DNA of 35,426 nucleotides from a virus (Duplodnaviria; Heunggongvirae; Uroviricota; Caudoviricetes): IMG/VR virus record IMGVR_UViG_2609460354_000004, positions 1 to 35,426 of that record; one strand, 5' to 3'. Shown piece by piece: positions 13,172 to 21,852 of this stretch (position 1 is its first letter; each line of letters starts with the position of its first letter). The notes under the pieces were generated by a model. It saw only the letters and a program-made list of their open reading frames with translations, ran no database searches and was not told where the DNA came from. The position numbers and the translations under genes were made by a program.

Positions 13172-13190
13172 AAAAAAAGCCCTTACGGGC
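13172..13190 (-). terminator. rho-independent terminator after the major capsid gene
   Basis: Minus strand: GCCCGTAAGGGC followed by TTTTTTT, just downstream of the capsid stop at 13215. Confidence 0.55.
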
Positions 13191-13214
13191 CATCAGAGTT
13201 GTTGTCTGCGACGT

Positions 13215-15173
13215 TTACGCCGTACATTTCACCAGACCGCGGTGATCAACTGGCGCGACACCGGCGTCAATACGCACTTTCGTTGTCACGCCATCCACAC
13301 TGAAGCCCTCCATCTGATCAATATATGGCGTATCCACACCGTTGAGATAAGCCACTTCAATCGTATCGGAGCCTTTTGACGCAGCCAGGTAGAAGGTGGT
13401 CTGGCTGTTATCATCAAGACGGGGCTCTGCAATAACGGTCGCAAAATCTTTCACCGGGTTAATAATACCGGCGTTAATGTCAGCCCCCTTGACACTTGAG
13501 GAGCGAATGACCTGGTTAGCAACAGACTCCATCGCCGTCGGTACCAGTACGAACGCAGGACGAATATTCAGATGACGCTCCCCCTCTTTCTGAACGCGCA
13601 TCAACTGGCGGGCTTTATCCAGCGATGCCACGTCCATTGCAGCGCTCTCCAGTACGTTTGCATGTTTCGCTTTATCGAACAGACTTACATTATCTGTGGA
13701 GATTTTCGGGTTAGACGTCAGAATGGCATAAACCAGATCGGCAATAGTGGATTTCGCCGCACGGCCCAGTTTCATCGGGACATCGGTCAGCATATTCAGA
13801 TCATCATTGATAATGGCCTGACGGGTGATACTAAACAGCTCGCCATAGGTCGCCAGTGCAATAGTGGCCTGTTTATCTCCGGTGGTGACGTATTTATATT
13901 CCGCCCCTTCACGCACCTGACGCAGAGCACTGAAGCCCCCCATACCCACACGATGGGCAATTTTAAAATCAGACAACTGACCTTTCCGCGTCCACTGTTC
14001 ATAGGTTTCAGGGGCATCTTCCCAGCCCTGCAGAATGGCTTTGTTCGCAACATCCAGCAGAATATTACCGAAGTCAGACGTACTGTGTGTGAACGCCGCA
14101 CCGACCATCTGCATCGGGTTATAACTGGAAACCCCAATACCCCGTTCAGTCAGTGACATACGGGCATATTCACGCAGGGTCATCCCGTTGTAGACATTAT
14201 CACGTTCGGTTTTTTCAAATCCGGCACGCGCCATCAGCGCCTGGCGGATCCCGTCCCCCACAAAATTACCGTTTCCGGCATAAATATGAGCCGGGGTATT
14301 TTTATTGGATGGCGTGGACTCGCGCCCCATCTCGTTCAACAGCTTTTCGCGGGCCTGCTCCAGCGAACATTCAGGATCGGCAAGACACTGAGCCTGCAGC
14401 GTCTGATAACGCCCGCCAAACATGGCAAACAGATCATTAATACCGTTTACACGCGCTTTTTGCTCTGCCAGTACCTGCGCACGGATACTGTTTTCATCCA
14501 CCACGGGTGCTGCTGCCTGCACTGGCGTCCGGGAGGCTGCAGGTTCATCATCCTGTACGCGTGGAGCACTGTTGCGTGGCGGAGTAATCATGTTTCGAAT
14601 GGATTCCGGCATCTTTTTAAATTCCTCTGTACGTTTTGATTGAATACATGCCATTGCCTTAACGGCTGGCGTCACCTGATCAGCAAATCCCTGTGCCAGA
14701 CATTCGGCACCGGACATCCAGGTCTCATCCGCCAGCATGGCAGCAATTTCATCGGTGGTTTTCCCGGTTTTCTGTGCATAAGCGGGTAACAGAACCGCCT
14801 CAACCTTATCGAGCAGGTCGGCATAGGTGCGCATGTCCTCCGCATCACCGCCCGTAAAGCCAAATGGTTTATGAATCATCATGAAGGTGTTTTCCGGCAT
14901 AATGACCGGGTTTCCCACCATCGCAATGACCGACGCCATTGACGCCGCCACACCGTCGACATAAACGGTAATGGACGCACCATGTGTTTTCAGCGCATTA
15001 AAAATGGCGATGCCTTCAAAGACATCGCCACCCGGTGAATTAATATGGAGATTAATGTGGGTGATATCGCCCAGTGCATTCAGATCACTGATAAACTGCT
15101 TCGCTGTAACACCCCAGAAACCAATCTCGTCATAAATATAAATATCCGCGTCACTCTGGTGACCAGCCTGCAT
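13215..15173 (-). CDS. prohead protease (ClpP/S14-like) fused to HK97-fold major capsid protein
   Basis: About 652 aa from MQAGHQSDADIYIYDEIGFWGV.... N-terminal ClpP-like region (...INSPGGDVFEGIAIFNALK...VDGVAASMASVIAM...MIHKP...) followed by a capsid domain. Start sits right after the portal stop; the track ORF start at 15434 is an upstream extension. Confidence 0.85.
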   Translation of the reverse strand: MQAGHQSDADIYIYDEIGFWGVTAKQFISDLNALGDITHINLHINSPGGDVFEGIAIFNALKTHGASITVYVDGVAASMASVIAMVGNPVIMPENTFMMIHKPFGFTGGDAEDMRTYADLLDKVEAVLLPAYAQKTGKTTDEIAAMLADETWMSGAECLAQGFADQVTPAVKAMACIQSKRTEEFKKMPESIRNMITPPRNSAPRVQDDEPAASRTPVQAAAPVVDENSIRAQVLAEQKARVNGINDLFAMFGGRYQTLQAQCLADPECSLEQAREKLLNEMGRESTPSNKNTPAHIYAGNGNFVGDGIRQALMARAGFEKTERDNVYNGMTLREYARMSLTERGIGVSSYNPMQMVGAAFTHSTSDFGNILLDVANKAILQGWEDAPETYEQWTRKGQLSDFKIAHRVGMGGFSALRQVREGAEYKYVTTGDKQATIALATYGELFSITRQAIINDDLNMLTDVPMKLGRAAKSTIADLVYAILTSNPKISTDNVSLFDKAKHANVLESAAMDVASLDKARQLMRVQKEGERHLNIRPAFVLVPTAMESVANQVIRSSSVKGADINAGIINPVKDFATVIAEPRLDDNSQTTFYLAASKGSDTIEVAYLNGVDTPYIDQMEGFSVDGVTTKVRIDAGVAPVDHRGLVKCTA

Positions 15174-15186
15174 CCTGAACCAGGAA

Positions 15187-16695
15187 TTAATCTTCGGACT
15201 GGTCGTCGGTGTGCTGCGGCTCCTGTCGTTTCGTTGCGGCACTACTGCCTCCTTTATCACTGGCCGGATCGGTATCAAATACCAGATCCAACTTGCGGTT
15301 TTCATCAATTTCGGCCTTGCGCCGACGTTTGACATCATCCGGATTACGACCACCAGCACGTACCCAGTCTGATTCTGTCGCCGCTCCACCACGAATCTGG
15401 ATTTTCCAGGCCTCAGCCTCCTTAACAGGGTCAATCCACGGCATCACTGGTCCGGAATACACCGCGGTATACAGTGAAGAACGGTCAAGATCGCGGGGTA
15501 GCCTGATAACACCGGATGCCACAGCCTGTTTCAGCCATGCACGATACATCGGGCGGGTGACGGCACCAATAAACCAGTCCTGCAGGATCAGGTAGCCATC
15601 AGTAGATTCAACCAGCTCCTGACGCTGGGCGCTGTAAGTGCCGTTATAGTTGCGCGCTGTACTGGAAAAACTCAGACGACTGCCCGCCGCCACGGCACGC
15701 AACTGACCATTACGAAAAGTTTCAAGGTTAGGATTGGGGCGATCCGACTTCACCATTCCGATTTCTTCGCCGGGTTTCAGATCGTCGTAAATAATGCCTG
15801 GCTGAATGGTAAGCTCGCGTTCCTTATCCTTGCTGCCATTACCATCCGGTTCATAGCTCTGCCCGTCGCCTTTGCGGATGTACATCCCCAGAGCAGCGGC
15901 GATCCTTGCTGCAGTCAGCTCATAATCTTCATAATCTTTCAGGGCACTGAGGCGGATCAGCACACCGGACAACAAAGACGTCCCGCGCATCTGGTGCAGA
16001 CGGCGAACAAATTTAAGATGCAGCATTCGCTCTGCATCCACTTCTTTGGTTTCCATCTGCCGTCCGGATACGGGACGGCTTTTATACACCAGATATTTTT
16101 CGGGACGCCCCCAGTCATCAACAAACACGCCCTGATTCAGCCTGTTGCTCTCATCACTGGTCATGGGAATAAAGTCTGGCTCGAGCGCCTCCAGCCAGAA
16201 ATGAACACCGGCAGAAGGCGTCAGGCTGTTTATGCGCCCGGAAACCATCTGGGCAAACACCTCACCATCGCGCAGCCAGGTACGCAGCATCAGACGTTCC
16301 AGCATCGGACGGGTAAACTGCCCGGTGACTTCCGGGCTGACAGACCATTCACTCCATCGGGTGCGAATCTCCGCTGCCAGATCACGGGCAATGGCCCCAT
16401 TGCGTAATACCGGATGTGGCTCGACAATAATCCCGTTTTTCCCCACCACCCGTTCTTCCAGCTTGTCAAATACACCAATAACCAGATCGTGGTTGTTATC
16501 AAGGTAACGGGCCTGCTCACGTAACGACACGGCCCCGTACTGGCTTAGCTGGTCGGCAGTTCGGTTCTCCCGTCGGGCTTTGTGTGTCCGCGTCGTTTTT
16601 ACGGCTTCATAAGCCTGGATCACCGCACGGGAACGCAGCCTTGCCGCTTTCCATCCAGGTGAAAAAACGCCAATCACATCATCAAGAATTGCCAT
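15187..16695 (-). CDS. portal protein
   Basis: About 502 aa from MAILDDVIGVFSPGWKAARLRSRAV.... Size and position between gpW-like and the capsid gene; start overlaps the W stop. Confidence 0.8.
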   Translation of the reverse strand: MAILDDVIGVFSPGWKAARLRSRAVIQAYEAVKTTRTHKARRENRTADQLSQYGAVSLREQARYLDNNHDLVIGVFDKLEERVVGKNGIIVEPHPVLRNGAIARDLAAEIRTRWSEWSVSPEVTGQFTRPMLERLMLRTWLRDGEVFAQMVSGRINSLTPSAGVHFWLEALEPDFIPMTSDESNRLNQGVFVDDWGRPEKYLVYKSRPVSGRQMETKEVDAERMLHLKFVRRLHQMRGTSLLSGVLIRLSALKDYEDYELTAARIAAALGMYIRKGDGQSYEPDGNGSKDKERELTIQPGIIYDDLKPGEEIGMVKSDRPNPNLETFRNGQLRAVAAGSRLSFSSTARNYNGTYSAQRQELVESTDGYLILQDWFIGAVTRPMYRAWLKQAVASGVIRLPRDLDRSSLYTAVYSGPVMPWIDPVKEAEAWKIQIRGGAATESDWVRAGGRNPDDVKRRRKAEIDENRKLDLVFDTDPASDKGGSSAATKRQEPQHTDDQSED

Positions 16696-16913
16696 CAGAA
16701 CCTCGCCAGCCGGTACCCGGGATGCCCCCGTCGTCGTGTAATCAGAGCCGCAAGGCGGCGCTCCCACTCCTGCCGTCCCTGCCGGATCTCAGATAAGTTT
16801 TCCATGGTCATCTGCTGACCATTAAAGGTGACGGATTTTCCGTCCAGCACCGCCATTTCAGCTTCCATATAACGCTGAATCATGGCTTCGATATCATTCT
16901 GGTTCATAACCAT
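16695..16913 (-). CDS. head-tail joining protein, gpW-like
   Basis: 72 aa; C-terminus ...RRRGHPGYRLARF resembles the lambda gpW C-terminus (...RRRGPAGFYV) as recalled. Lies between terL and portal as W does. Confidence 0.6.
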   Translation of the reverse strand: MVMNQNDIEAMIQRYMEAEMAVLDGKSVTFNGQQMTMENLSEIRQGRQEWERRLAALITRRRGHPGYRLARF

Positions 16914-18016
16914 CCTCCGGAAGTCAGCCAGGGGTTAACATCGTCAGTTACTGTTTTCTTCCGTTTTTGTTTTTTAACAGGCGTGGATACCGGTTCCGGT
17001 GAGGATGACGGTTCGGTACTGTCCTGGACACACTCCAGCCAGGTTTCCCGGCTCGCCCACTCCGGTGCATCCGGCCAGCGGATCTTTTCGTATCCATGCA
17101 GAATGACCAGAGCCTCGGCATACACCATCAGGTCAAAAGCTTCGTTGGCACCGCGACCCGGCTTACTCCATTTCCCGTCACTGCTCCGCTCTTCATACGT
17201 CAGTTCGTCGTAAAACCAGCTCCCCAGCCAGTCAGGGAAATGCACATAGCCGGGACCTGGCGAGTTACGCCATAACGCGTTATTCACCCGGTCTTTCAGT
17301 GCATCCGTCTGAAGAAGCCAGAGCGGCACATCACCTGCGGCCTGCGCCCGTCGGCCCGTTCGTCCGGTGTTATCAGGGAATGTACGGGTGATCAGTTTTG
17401 CGCGCCGGATGCTGTCGCCCTTAAACAGGTAAATACGTTTACCAAGGCCATCACGACGGCAACGACGCCAGAATTTATAGGCATTATCAGTGACCCCGTC
17501 TTCACCGCCGGAGTCCACCGCCATTGCCATCAGTCGCATTTGTTGAGAAGGATCGGAGGCCAGCGGCCAGCTTTTATGAAAAACATCCGTCAGCAGGACA
17601 TCCCAGTCTTCCGGATAGCTGGCCGGATCAATTCGCTGGCTCTCCCCGTCGCTGTCACCGCGCAATGACTGCGTGATGTTGTAACGATCAATAATCCAGC
17701 GTTCGCCACGGCTGCCATAGCCCGTTACCTGAACCACAAAACGGCGATGACGTCCCGCCTGCACATCCACTGTCGCCACAAGGAAATTAACGCCATCCGG
17801 CACACTGCGGGAAGGAACTGGCTCTGCCCGCTGCTCAAGCAGTTCACTTTTTCGTTGCTCCATGCTGGCGCGGGGAAGATAAGGTAATCCCCAGTCGGTA
17901 TTGATAACCGTCTTGAGTGTTTCTTCACTTCCGGTTGTCTCGTATTCCTGTTCTGCAGTAAGCAGTTTGTAAACGAGTTGCGAGAGTGTCTGGTAAGCAG
18001 CTGCCGGACCCTCCAT
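16904..18016 (-). CDS. terminase large subunit, C-terminal (nuclease) half; gene interrupted by island insertion
   Basis: 370 aa. ...GYVHFPDWLGSWFYDELTYEERSSDGKWSKPGRGANEAFDLMVYAEALVILHG... resembles the C-terminal half of lambda gpA. The first ATG lies inside the 13-bp junction repeat and there is an in-frame stop 12 codons upstream in island DNA. Confidence 0.85.
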   Translation of the reverse strand: MEGPAAAYQTLSQLVYKLLTAEQEYETTGSEETLKTVINTDWGLPYLPRASMEQRKSELLEQRAEPVPSRSVPDGVNFLVATVDVQAGRHRRFVVQVTGYGSRGERWIIDRYNITQSLRGDSDGESQRIDPASYPEDWDVLLTDVFHKSWPLASDPSQQMRLMAMAVDSGGEDGVTDNAYKFWRRCRRDGLGKRIYLFKGDSIRRAKLITRTFPDNTGRTGRRAQAAGDVPLWLLQTDALKDRVNNALWRNSPGPGYVHFPDWLGSWFYDELTYEERSSDGKWSKPGRGANEAFDLMVYAEALVILHGYEKIRWPDAPEWASRETWLECVQDSTEPSSSPEPVSTPVKKQKRKKTVTDDVNPWLTSGGWL

Positions 18017-18020
18017 CCAG
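18008..18020. repeat. junction direct repeat, left copy (putative att core) ACCCTCCATCCAG
   Basis: 12 of 13 nt identical to 28836-28848 (ACCCTACATCCAG), with partial matches extending to about 20 bp. Both copies are in the same register of the terL reading frame. Confidence 0.6.
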
Positions 18021-18393
18021 GAAGAAGTAAATAAAAGGTAACTAAATGATTATAAGGTACTATTGAGTTATGCCCCCTACAACATAGTCCCAGATTTAGT
18101 ACCTGCTTAAGCGATAAAAAAGCCAAAAAGGAAGCAATATTAATTATTGCCGCTATGCATGATCACAATGACAAATCAGAGGCGGAATTCCGCTCTCGGA
18201 ACTCACATATGAGAAACGATATTTCTTCCACCGATACCCTTTATTTGGGTATCGCGAGTAAGCCCCAAAATCTGGGTGTTACTCTTACTACCCAAACTAC
18301 GGGTAGTTTCCGTAGTTTCATAGTCGAGTTGCAGATCTGCAACTCGCCACCAGTTGCTAAGTGCATTTTTGCACTTTCGATAATATCAACCAG

Positions 18394-18681
18394 TTACCGC
18401 CGTAAGTGCTCCGGCTTCCTCCACTGGTAAGTATTTTTCGCGCTCTCCCTCCGTTGTTGAGAACGGCGACGGTATGCCAGCAACTCAAGAACTCTGGTTC
18501 GTATGTTGCGCATATCAACGCCGTTAAGCTCAATACCGTCACGGCGCATCACCTCAGCCACCACACGCGCGTAATTTTCAGCGGTGACTGTATCCGGCTG
18601 CGCGGCCTGTTCGTCAGCCAACTGGCTGATTCCACCAGCACAGCGGATTAATCGCAGTATTTCAGATTCGGTCATTATCAT
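18394..18681 (-). CDS. hypothetical 95-aa protein translationally coupled to island terS
   Basis: ORF start overlaps the terS2 stop. MIMTESEILRLIRCAGGISQLADEQ... with a basic C-terminus (RRRSQQRRESAKNTYQWRKPEHLRR). No family recognised. Confidence 0.45.
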   Translation of the reverse strand: MIMTESEILRLIRCAGGISQLADEQAAQPDTVTAENYARVVAEVMRRDGIELNGVDMRNIRTRVLELLAYRRRSQQRRESAKNTYQWRKPEHLRR

Positions 18682-19163
18682 GCCTGTTTTGCGACCTCAT
18701 TCACTACGTCATTTTTTACCATCCGGCTGATAATCTGATTACGCAAATCGTCAATAATTGACTGCACTCTGTTTACTGCCATCGGTTTAAGCCCGGCATC
18801 ACGTGCCAGAATATTGGGGAGTTTTGCCAGTTCCTCGCTTACGATTTCCCCCCATATAGCCATCTCTTTTCGCACATCATCGGCGGGTATGAGTTGCGCC
18901 GTTTCCTGTTCGAACTTGAGGCGCTCACGTTCGGACTGATACCAGGCCTTACGGTCATGTGGCTCCATTTCTTCCAGTGATGCCGGAACGGGAAGATCAA
19001 GAAAACAGGTCAGAATGTCAGTCACCCGATAGAGTTTTAGCTTGTCATGCCCTCCGGCTGGCTGGATGTTTTTCAGCCTTGCCGCCGCAGTCTGACGACA
19101 TATTCCCGCTATCGCCGCCAGTTGATTAATGTTCAGCATCAGATTTTTCAGTTCTCGATCCAT
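18678..19163 (-). CDS. island terminase small subunit paralog (Nu1-type HTH)
   Basis: 161 aa from MDRELKNLMLNINQLAAIAGICRQTAAARL.... About 70% identical by eye to the prophage terS at 29834-30328, but the last ~20 residues are unrelated. The track ORF start at 19250 is an upstream extension. Confidence 0.8.
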   Translation of the reverse strand: MDRELKNLMLNINQLAAIAGICRQTAAARLKNIQPAGGHDKLKLYRVTDILTCFLDLPVPASLEEMEPHDRKAWYQSERERLKFEQETAQLIPADDVRKEMAIWGEIVSEELAKLPNILARDAGLKPMAVNRVQSIIDDLRNQIISRMVKNDVVNEVAKQA

Positions 19164-19315
19164 ACCCGCTCCAGAATGTTTTAAACATGCATCTTGCGAA
19201 CAACTTTCAGAAGAGGTCAAAAAATGCGCTATATGTTGAGCATAAAACAAGCAAAATTAACATACCAAAAATAAAAACACTTAAAATTCAATATCATAGA
19301 AAGATGATGATGACG

Positions 19316-19390
19316 AATGAAAATGCAAAAACTAGCCTTTTTCCGCGCCGCTCCCGCCCCGTGGCAGACCACCCCACCGGGAGGACCCGT
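19316..19390 (-). other. cos-like conserved element, copy A (candidate cosN/cosB)
   Basis: One of three copies of a ~75-nt motif. Its minus-strand core ACGGGGCGGGAGCGGCGCGGAAAAAGG resembles the lambda cohesive end GGGCGGCGACCTCGCGG as recalled. Lies 150-230 nt upstream of terS2. Confidence 0.5.
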
Positions 19391-19416
19391 AAAAAAAGGC
19401 GGCTATCGCCGCCCTT
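19391..19416 (-). terminator. rho-independent terminator after island capsid gene
   Basis: Minus strand: GGGCGGCGATAGCCGCC followed by TTTTTTT, immediately after the capsid2 stop (19421). Confidence 0.55.
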
Positions 19417-19420
19417 GTTG

Positions 19421-21334
19421 TCATGCTCCACTCGATTTCAGTAATCCGCGATAGTCGAGGGCCGCGACACCTGCATCTATGCGCACCTTCCAGGCGACGC
19501 CATCAACAGTAAAGCCCTCCTGCTCCTCAAGATATGGCGTATCAATACCATCAAGATAAGCGACCTCTATCGTGTCCATACCCTTCGCCGCTGCCACATA
19601 CCACTCCTTGTTATTGGCTTTATCAAGACGTGGCTCAACGATTACCTCCGCCATATCTTTCACCACGTTAATGATGCCGGGGTTCTGATTGATAGTGCCC
19701 ACGCCATCAACCGGAAAGAGTGATGACGATGACAGAATGGCGCGATGTGCGGCAGACTCCAGCGCGGCGGGGACCAGGACAAATGCGGGGGTAATATTCA
19801 GCGAATCGCCGTTAGCGTCTTCCTGGAGGCGCATCAGCTTACGGGCTTCGTTAAGCCCCTCCATGTCCATATCCTTCGCAATAAGATTTTTATGATCGGC
19901 ATGGAATAACGCTTTACCATCCGTAAACTTGCCGTTGCTGGTTAACAGGAGATAAACCAGATTGCCAACTGTTCTGGCAGCTGCGCGTCCCATCGCCATG
20001 GGGATTGTAGTTAACTGGGTCAGGTCATCGTTGATAATGGCCTGACGGGTAACGGAAAAAATATTCCCGTACGTGGCCAGCGCAATAGGTACACCTTTAT
20101 CGCTAGTGGTGATGTATTTATATTCCGCGCCTTCCGGTACTTTATCCAGCTTTGAAAAACCATTCAGACCAACGCGCTTTGCTTCATGAAAGTTTGAAAG
20201 CGAACCGGTACGCGTCCATTTCTGGAACGTTTCGCCGCTGTCCTGCCAGCCTTTCAGTACTGATTTTTCAGCGCCACCAGCCAGAATATGAGAAAAATCG
20301 CTGCTGCTGTGTGTAAAAGCCGCATTAACAACCTGCGAGCGATTAATAAAACCGCTCACAGTGATACCACGATCAACCAGTGATGCCTGGGCCATTTCAA
20401 AAAGGCTCATCATCGCGTAAGGGTTGCCTCGTTCAGGGCGTTCATACCCAAGACGGGAATAAAGCCCCTGACGAATTGCATCACCTGTTATGTTTCCGTT
20501 TCCGGCATAGATATGAGGCGGGGTATTTTTATTGGATGGCGTGGACTCGCGCCCCAGCTCGTTCAACAGCTTTTCACGGGCCATTTCCGGTGTACATGAT
20601 GCATCTTCCAGACACGCCATTTTGATCCCGTCGTAACGACTGCCGAACAAGCTAAACACTTCACTTATTCCATTGATGCGCTTCTGTTCATTACCAGCAA
20701 TATTTGCCGCTCCCTGTGGCGGTGTAATCATTCCTTTAATGGTTTCCGGCATATGTAAAAAATCTCCTGTGCGTTTCGATTCAATTCGCGCCATTGCTCT
20801 GACGGATGGCAACAATTCATCAGCAAAACCGTGCTTAAGGCATTCTTTCCCATCCATCCAGGTTTCATCCTCCAGCATGGCGGTAATTTCCTGTGCTGAT
20901 TTGCCCGTTTTTCTGGCATAAGCAGGGATTAACACGGTTTCCACCTTATCCAGCAAATCAGCATAATCACGCATATCGCCAGCATTTCCGCCAGAGATAC
21001 CCCACGGTTTATGGATCATCATCATGGCGTTCTCCGGCATAACAACACGATCGCCAGCCATTGCGACAACCGAAGCCATTGAAGCCGCAACACCATCGAT
21101 ATAAACCGTAATGTCTGCCGGATGATTCCGTAGCAGGTTATAGATGGCGATGCCTTCAAACACATCACCACCTGGTGAATGGATCCTCAGATTGATATGT
21201 GAAACATCGCCAAGGGCTTTCAGGTCTTCCGCGAACTGCTTTGCAGTAACACCGAAGCCGCCAATCTCCTCATAGATAGATATATCCGCCGCTCCGCGAA
21301 CATCCGCCGCCTTAATGGTGTACCAGTGATTCAT
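19421..21334 (-). CDS. island-encoded prohead protease-major capsid fusion protein (paralog of the prophage capsid gene)
   Basis: 637 aa. ClpP-like N-terminal region (...HSPGGDVFEGIAIYNLL...VDGVAASMASVVAM...MIHKP...) and an HK97-fold capsid region, collinear with the protein at 13215-15173 and clearly homologous by eye (identity not counted). Confidence 0.85.
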   Translation of the reverse strand: MNHWYTIKAADVRGAADISIYEEIGGFGVTAKQFAEDLKALGDVSHINLRIHSPGGDVFEGIAIYNLLRNHPADITVYIDGVAASMASVVAMAGDRVVMPENAMMMIHKPWGISGGNAGDMRDYADLLDKVETVLIPAYARKTGKSAQEITAMLEDETWMDGKECLKHGFADELLPSVRAMARIESKRTGDFLHMPETIKGMITPPQGAANIAGNEQKRINGISEVFSLFGSRYDGIKMACLEDASCTPEMAREKLLNELGRESTPSNKNTPPHIYAGNGNITGDAIRQGLYSRLGYERPERGNPYAMMSLFEMAQASLVDRGITVSGFINRSQVVNAAFTHSSSDFSHILAGGAEKSVLKGWQDSGETFQKWTRTGSLSNFHEAKRVGLNGFSKLDKVPEGAEYKYITTSDKGVPIALATYGNIFSVTRQAIINDDLTQLTTIPMAMGRAAARTVGNLVYLLLTSNGKFTDGKALFHADHKNLIAKDMDMEGLNEARKLMRLQEDANGDSLNITPAFVLVPAALESAAHRAILSSSSLFPVDGVGTINQNPGIINVVKDMAEVIVEPRLDKANNKEWYVAAAKGMDTIEVAYLDGIDTPYLEEQEGFTVDGVAWKVRIDAGVAALDYRGLLKSSGA

Positions 21335-21540
21335 TGCTCACTCTCCGATGCAAAACCACTCTGATTAAGCCAGGCGTTTACGGCATGCCTGACAATCTGC
21401 GCCACACCTGGTAATGGTTTGTCAGGATGATGATTTATATGGTCGATCCTGTACTGCTTAAGGCGCATAACGGTCTGCGCATCCAGATGAACGGAACCAC
21501 CCCTGATATCGCCCGTGTTCAGGTCATTAATACAACTCAC
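21331..21540 (-). CDS. small protein, possible ribbon-helix-helix regulator, coupled to island capsid gene
   Basis: 69 aa. GSVHLDAQTVMRLKQYRIDHIN... fits a beta-strand-helix-helix pattern. Its stop overlaps the capsid2 start. Fold assignment is tentative. Confidence 0.4.
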   Translation of the reverse strand: MSCINDLNTGDIRGGSVHLDAQTVMRLKQYRIDHINHHPDKPLPGVAQIVRHAVNAWLNQSGFASESEQ

Positions 21541-21643
21541 AGTAACTTCCTCTTACTGACTAAACTGTGCACATTATTGATCGATAAAAGTGGTAGATAA
21601 ACATATTTCTATCATAAAAATAGATTAATGAGATTCAGACACA

Positions 21644-21667
21644 AAAAAGCCGGATAAAATCCGGCAT
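21644..21667 (-). terminator. rho-independent terminator upstream of the island capsid module
   Basis: Minus strand: GCCGGATTTTATCCGGC followed by TTTTTT. Confidence 0.5.
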
Positions 21668-21852
21668 AAATATCCCGCCATCTGAACACGTTTTGACACA
21701 GGCAACTCCACCTGGCAGGTGAAAAACAGATTTATTTATATATTTCAATTAATTGCAAACTGGTCTAATGACAGGGAGAAAAAAATATTGTACAGGTGAA
21801 AACAGAAATAACTTTTAATTATCAATAAATTACTACACATGCTGCCGCCGCC

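Noticed and set aside
18230..18350. Possible tRNA or tRNA fragment at the island junction (P4-type integrases often target tRNA genes)
   Set aside because: No cloverleaf could be built and there is no T-loop (GGTTCGAATCC-like) or proper anticodon loop on either strand. The junction repeat lies inside terL coding sequence instead.
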